Positions 22,975-25,634 of a stretch of 25,634 nucleotides of DNA are shown here, piece after piece. The translations under genes were made by a program, and so were the position numbers. The notes under the pieces were generated by a model. That model was not told the origin of the DNA. It saw only the letters and a list, made by a program, of their open reading frames with translations, and ran no database searches. Origin of the DNA: a virus (Duplodnaviria > Caudoviricetes); the IMG/VR virus record IMGVR_UViG_3300035135_001837, positions 1 to 25,634 of that record. The stretch is one strand, 5' to 3'. The stretch's first letter is position 1. Each line of letters begins with the position of its first letter.

Positions 22975-25634
22975 ATGGCTTTAACATCACCAGGAGTACA
23001 GGTTAGCGTAATCGACGAAAGTTTTTACACTCCAGCTGAACCAGGTACAGTGCCTATGGTATTTGTAGCTACCGCAAGCAACAAGCAAAATGCGGCAGGA
23101 ACAGGTACAGCACCAGGCACAACAAAAGCAACGGCAGGAACGCCTTACTTGCTTACATCACAAAGAGATTTAGCGGATACATTTGGAGATCCAATCTTTA
23201 AAACAGATACTAACAACAATCCAGTACATGCAGGCGAACTTAATGAATATGGATTACAAGCGGCCTATTCATTGCTAGGTGTAAGTAACAGAGCATATGT
23301 TGTTAGAGCAGATATAGACTTAGGAGAACTTGAAGCAAGTGCAGAAGCACCAAGTGCAAATCCTTTATCAGGAACATATTGGTTTGATACTGCAAGTTCA
23401 AGATATGGCATTCAGCAATGGAATGCAAATCCTATTACAACAACAGGCGGTCAAACATTTACAACAAAAACACCATATGTAATTTACAAGCAAAATGAAG
23501 TTGTAGATTATGATGGTGCAGACTATACTCCAAAAGCATCAATAGGTGCAATTGGGTCATACGCTTTAGTTGCAGTAACTACAATTAATAAATTATGGTA
23601 CAAAAATACAGCAGGAACATGGGTTGAAGTTGGAAGCAACGCATGGACTAAAAGCTGGCCAACTGTTAAAGGATCTGTCGCTAACCCATCCTTTACTGCT
23701 GGATCAGATGACATTACAATAAATGGTAGTGTTGTATCAGTAGGAAACAATACTGTTTCAGATGTTGCTACAGCAATTAACAGCGGTATAGGTTTAGGCG
23801 GAGAAATTTCGGCAGCCGCAGTTGATGGTTTCTTAGAAATTTACAGCACAGGTGCAAGTTCAGGTGCTGACGATTCTACATTAGGTGGACCTATTGTAAT
23901 CGGCGGTAACGCAACAAGACTATCAGAACTAGGAATAAGTGCAGGTACATACTATCCACCAGCACTACAAATTTCAGCACATACAAGCGTACCTGAATGG
24001 AAATCAGGAGATACATATTCTCGCCCTTCAGGAAGTGTGTGGTTTAAAACAACTGTTCCAAACGGTGGTGCAAATCTTTCTGTAAAATTATGGAATTCAA
24101 GCACACTACTATGGGACGAAATAGAAGCACCAGTTTATGATACAGCGGCTAGTGCAATTTACAATTTAGATGCAACTGGCGGTGGAGCAAATCTTGCTAT
24201 TGGTGATCTATATGCAAAAAGTAATGTAGCGGGTGATGTTACACCTTTGGCAAACTTTACTTTATTCCGTAGACAAGCAAGTGGCGCAACAACTATTACT
24301 AGTGCGGCAGTGACTGCAACTGCTCCGGGAGCAGGTGTATATACTTTTACAATGCAAGCAACAGATAGTGCTACATCAGCATATTCATCTAGTGCAACTG
24401 TATCTGTAACAGCTACAGGTTCAGCAAGCGGAGATGCAATACTAATTGCTTCAGCTATTACAGCGGCGAATGTCGAACATGTAAGTGCAACAGTAGATTC
24501 TGCAAATAGAATTGTTATAACACATGCACTAGGCGGTGAAATAAAATTTGTAGATACAGATAATCTATTAACACTAATTGGCTTTAAACCATTTGATGCT
24601 AATGATTCAAGTTCAACTGCAAATCTAGCATATGTAGACGGTACAGGAATTGGAACAAGTCCTAAACAATACCAAGCTACAAACTGGAGAGTATTATCCT
24701 ACACTGCAAGCGATGATTCAGTAACATCACTAGCAAATGATGGACAACTATGGTACAATTCAATTGTAGACGAAGTTGACATTATGTGGCACAACGGCAC
24801 AACATGGGTAGGTTATGGTGATTCAACTGCATACCCAAGTGCAGATCCAGCAGGTCCTATTGTTTCAGCTAGTATGCCAACTCAACAAAGCGATGGAAGC
24901 GCACTTGTAACAGGTGACCTATGGATTAGCACAGCAGATTTAGAAAACTATCCAACAATTTATCGTTACAATGTTGATGTTTCAGGTACTACTGCACAAA
25001 AGTGGGGCAGTCCGTTAGATAAATCAGACCAGACTACAGAAAATGGTGTATTATTTGCTGATGCACGTTATGGTACAGACGGTGGAACTACAACTACAGC
25101 ACCTGATGGAACAATTGCAGAAATGTTATCAAGCAATTATTTAGATCCAGATGCTCCAGATCCAGCACTATATCCAAAAGGTATGTTGCTATGGAATCTA
25201 CGCAGAAGCGGATTTAATGTTAAGAAATTTGTGCGTAACTCAATTGACACGTCGGCAGAAAACAAGCGTATGAACGATGCTTCAATGGCAAACTATTATC
25301 CACATCGTTGGGTTACAGAATCAGGTAATCAAGCAGATGGATCAGGTAGCTTTGGACGTAAAGCACAGCGTAAAGTTGTTGTGCAAGCGTTACAAGCTGT
25401 TGTTAACAACAACGATGCTATTAGAGATGATGAATCAAGATTGTTTAATGTTATGGCAACACCAGGATATCCTGAACTAATAGGTGAAATGATATCACTA
25501 AACTATGATAGAGGTTTAACAGCGTTTATCGTAGGTGATTCGCCATTCAGACTAACACCTGATGCAACATCTTTAAATGACTGGGCAACAAACGTTAATA
25601 CAGCAGTTGAAGATAATGATCAAGGTCTTGTAAG
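22975..25634 (+). CDS. Contractile tail sheath protein (T4 gp18-like), 3'-truncated, at least 886 aa
   Basis: MALTSPGVQVSVIDESFY, TSQRDLADTFGDP, ELNEYGLQAAYS, YVVRAD and, near the end, FNVMATPGYPEL...DRGLTAFIVGDSP. Absent from the ORF track, consistent with no stop before the window end. Confidence 0.93.
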   Translation, partial: MALTSPGVQVSVIDESFYTPAEPGTVPMVFVATASNKQNAAGTGTAPGTTKATAGTPYLLTSQRDLADTFGDPIFKTDTNNNPVHAGELNEYGLQAAYSLLGVSNRAYVVRADIDLGELEASAEAPSANPLSGTYWFDTASSRYGIQQWNANPITTTGGQTFTTKTPYVIYKQNEVVDYDGADYTPKASIGAIGSYALVAVTTINKLWYKNTAGTWVEVGSNAWTKSWPTVKGSVANPSFTAGSDDITINGSVVSVGNNTVSDVATAINSGIGLGGEISAAAVDGFLEIYSTGASSGADDSTLGGPIVIGGNATRLSELGISAGTYYPPALQISAHTSVPEWKSGDTYSRPSGSVWFKTTVPNGGANLSVKLWNSSTLLWDEIEAPVYDTAASAIYNLDATGGGANLAIGDLYAKSNVAGDVTPLANFTLFRRQASGATTITSAAVTATAPGAGVYTFTMQATDSATSAYSSSATVSVTATGSASGDAILIASAITAANVEHVSATVDSANRIVITHALGGEIKFVDTDNLLTLIGFKPFDANDSSSTANLAYVDGTGIGTSPKQYQATNWRVLSYTASDDSVTSLANDGQLWYNSIVDEVDIMWHNGTTWVGYGDSTAYPSADPAGPIVSASMPTQQSDGSALVTGDLWISTADLENYPTIYRYNVDVSGTTAQKWGSPLDKSDQTTENGVLFADARYGTDGGTTTTAPDGTIAEMLSSNYLDPDAPDPALYPKGMLLWNLRRSGFNVKKFVRNSIDTSAENKRMNDASMANYYPHRWVTESGNQADGSGSFGRKAQRKVVVQALQAVVNNNDAIRDDESRLFNVMATPGYPELIGEMISLNYDRGLTAFIVGDSPFRLTPDATSLNDWATNVNTAVEDNDQGLV

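Noticed and set aside
1-25634. Stop-codon reassignment, since TAG ends only hldD at 3417
   Set aside because: Genes are full length and tile tightly under the standard code; rare TAG use is expected in AT-rich phages.

Overview
This AT-rich, gene-dense window comes from a large T4-related tailed phage (myovirus). The gene order (divergent gp14/gp15 vs gp13, then dNMP kinase, then a very long tail sheath) resembles jumbo or environmental myophages more than T4 itself. Positions 1-6869 are a chain of overlapping + strand enzyme genes: a carbamoyltransferase C-terminus, five Fe(II)/2OG-oxygenase-like genes, an ADP-heptose pathway (hldE, hldD, gmhB; no gmhA or glycosyltransferase in the window), a cupin and an SGNH-like protein. 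The chain runs almost without gaps into tail-fibre/virion genes (7226-15445), which include an intact subtilisin, a 1410-aa Ig-repeat/Gly-rich protein and two proteins with type-1-copper-like motifs. Positions 15431-21108 are a - strand operon: gp14-like, two orphans with T4 internal-protein-like N-termini, gp15-like, NUDIX, a degenerate cupin and an orphan. From 21163 to the end are gp13, a dNMP kinase behind a perfect sigma70 promoter, a Zn/HNH-like gene and the tail sheath (open at the window end). The most interesting hypothesis is a phage-encoded heptose synthesis and tailoring module linked to tail-fibre genes. All calls come from motif recognition; no database searches were run.
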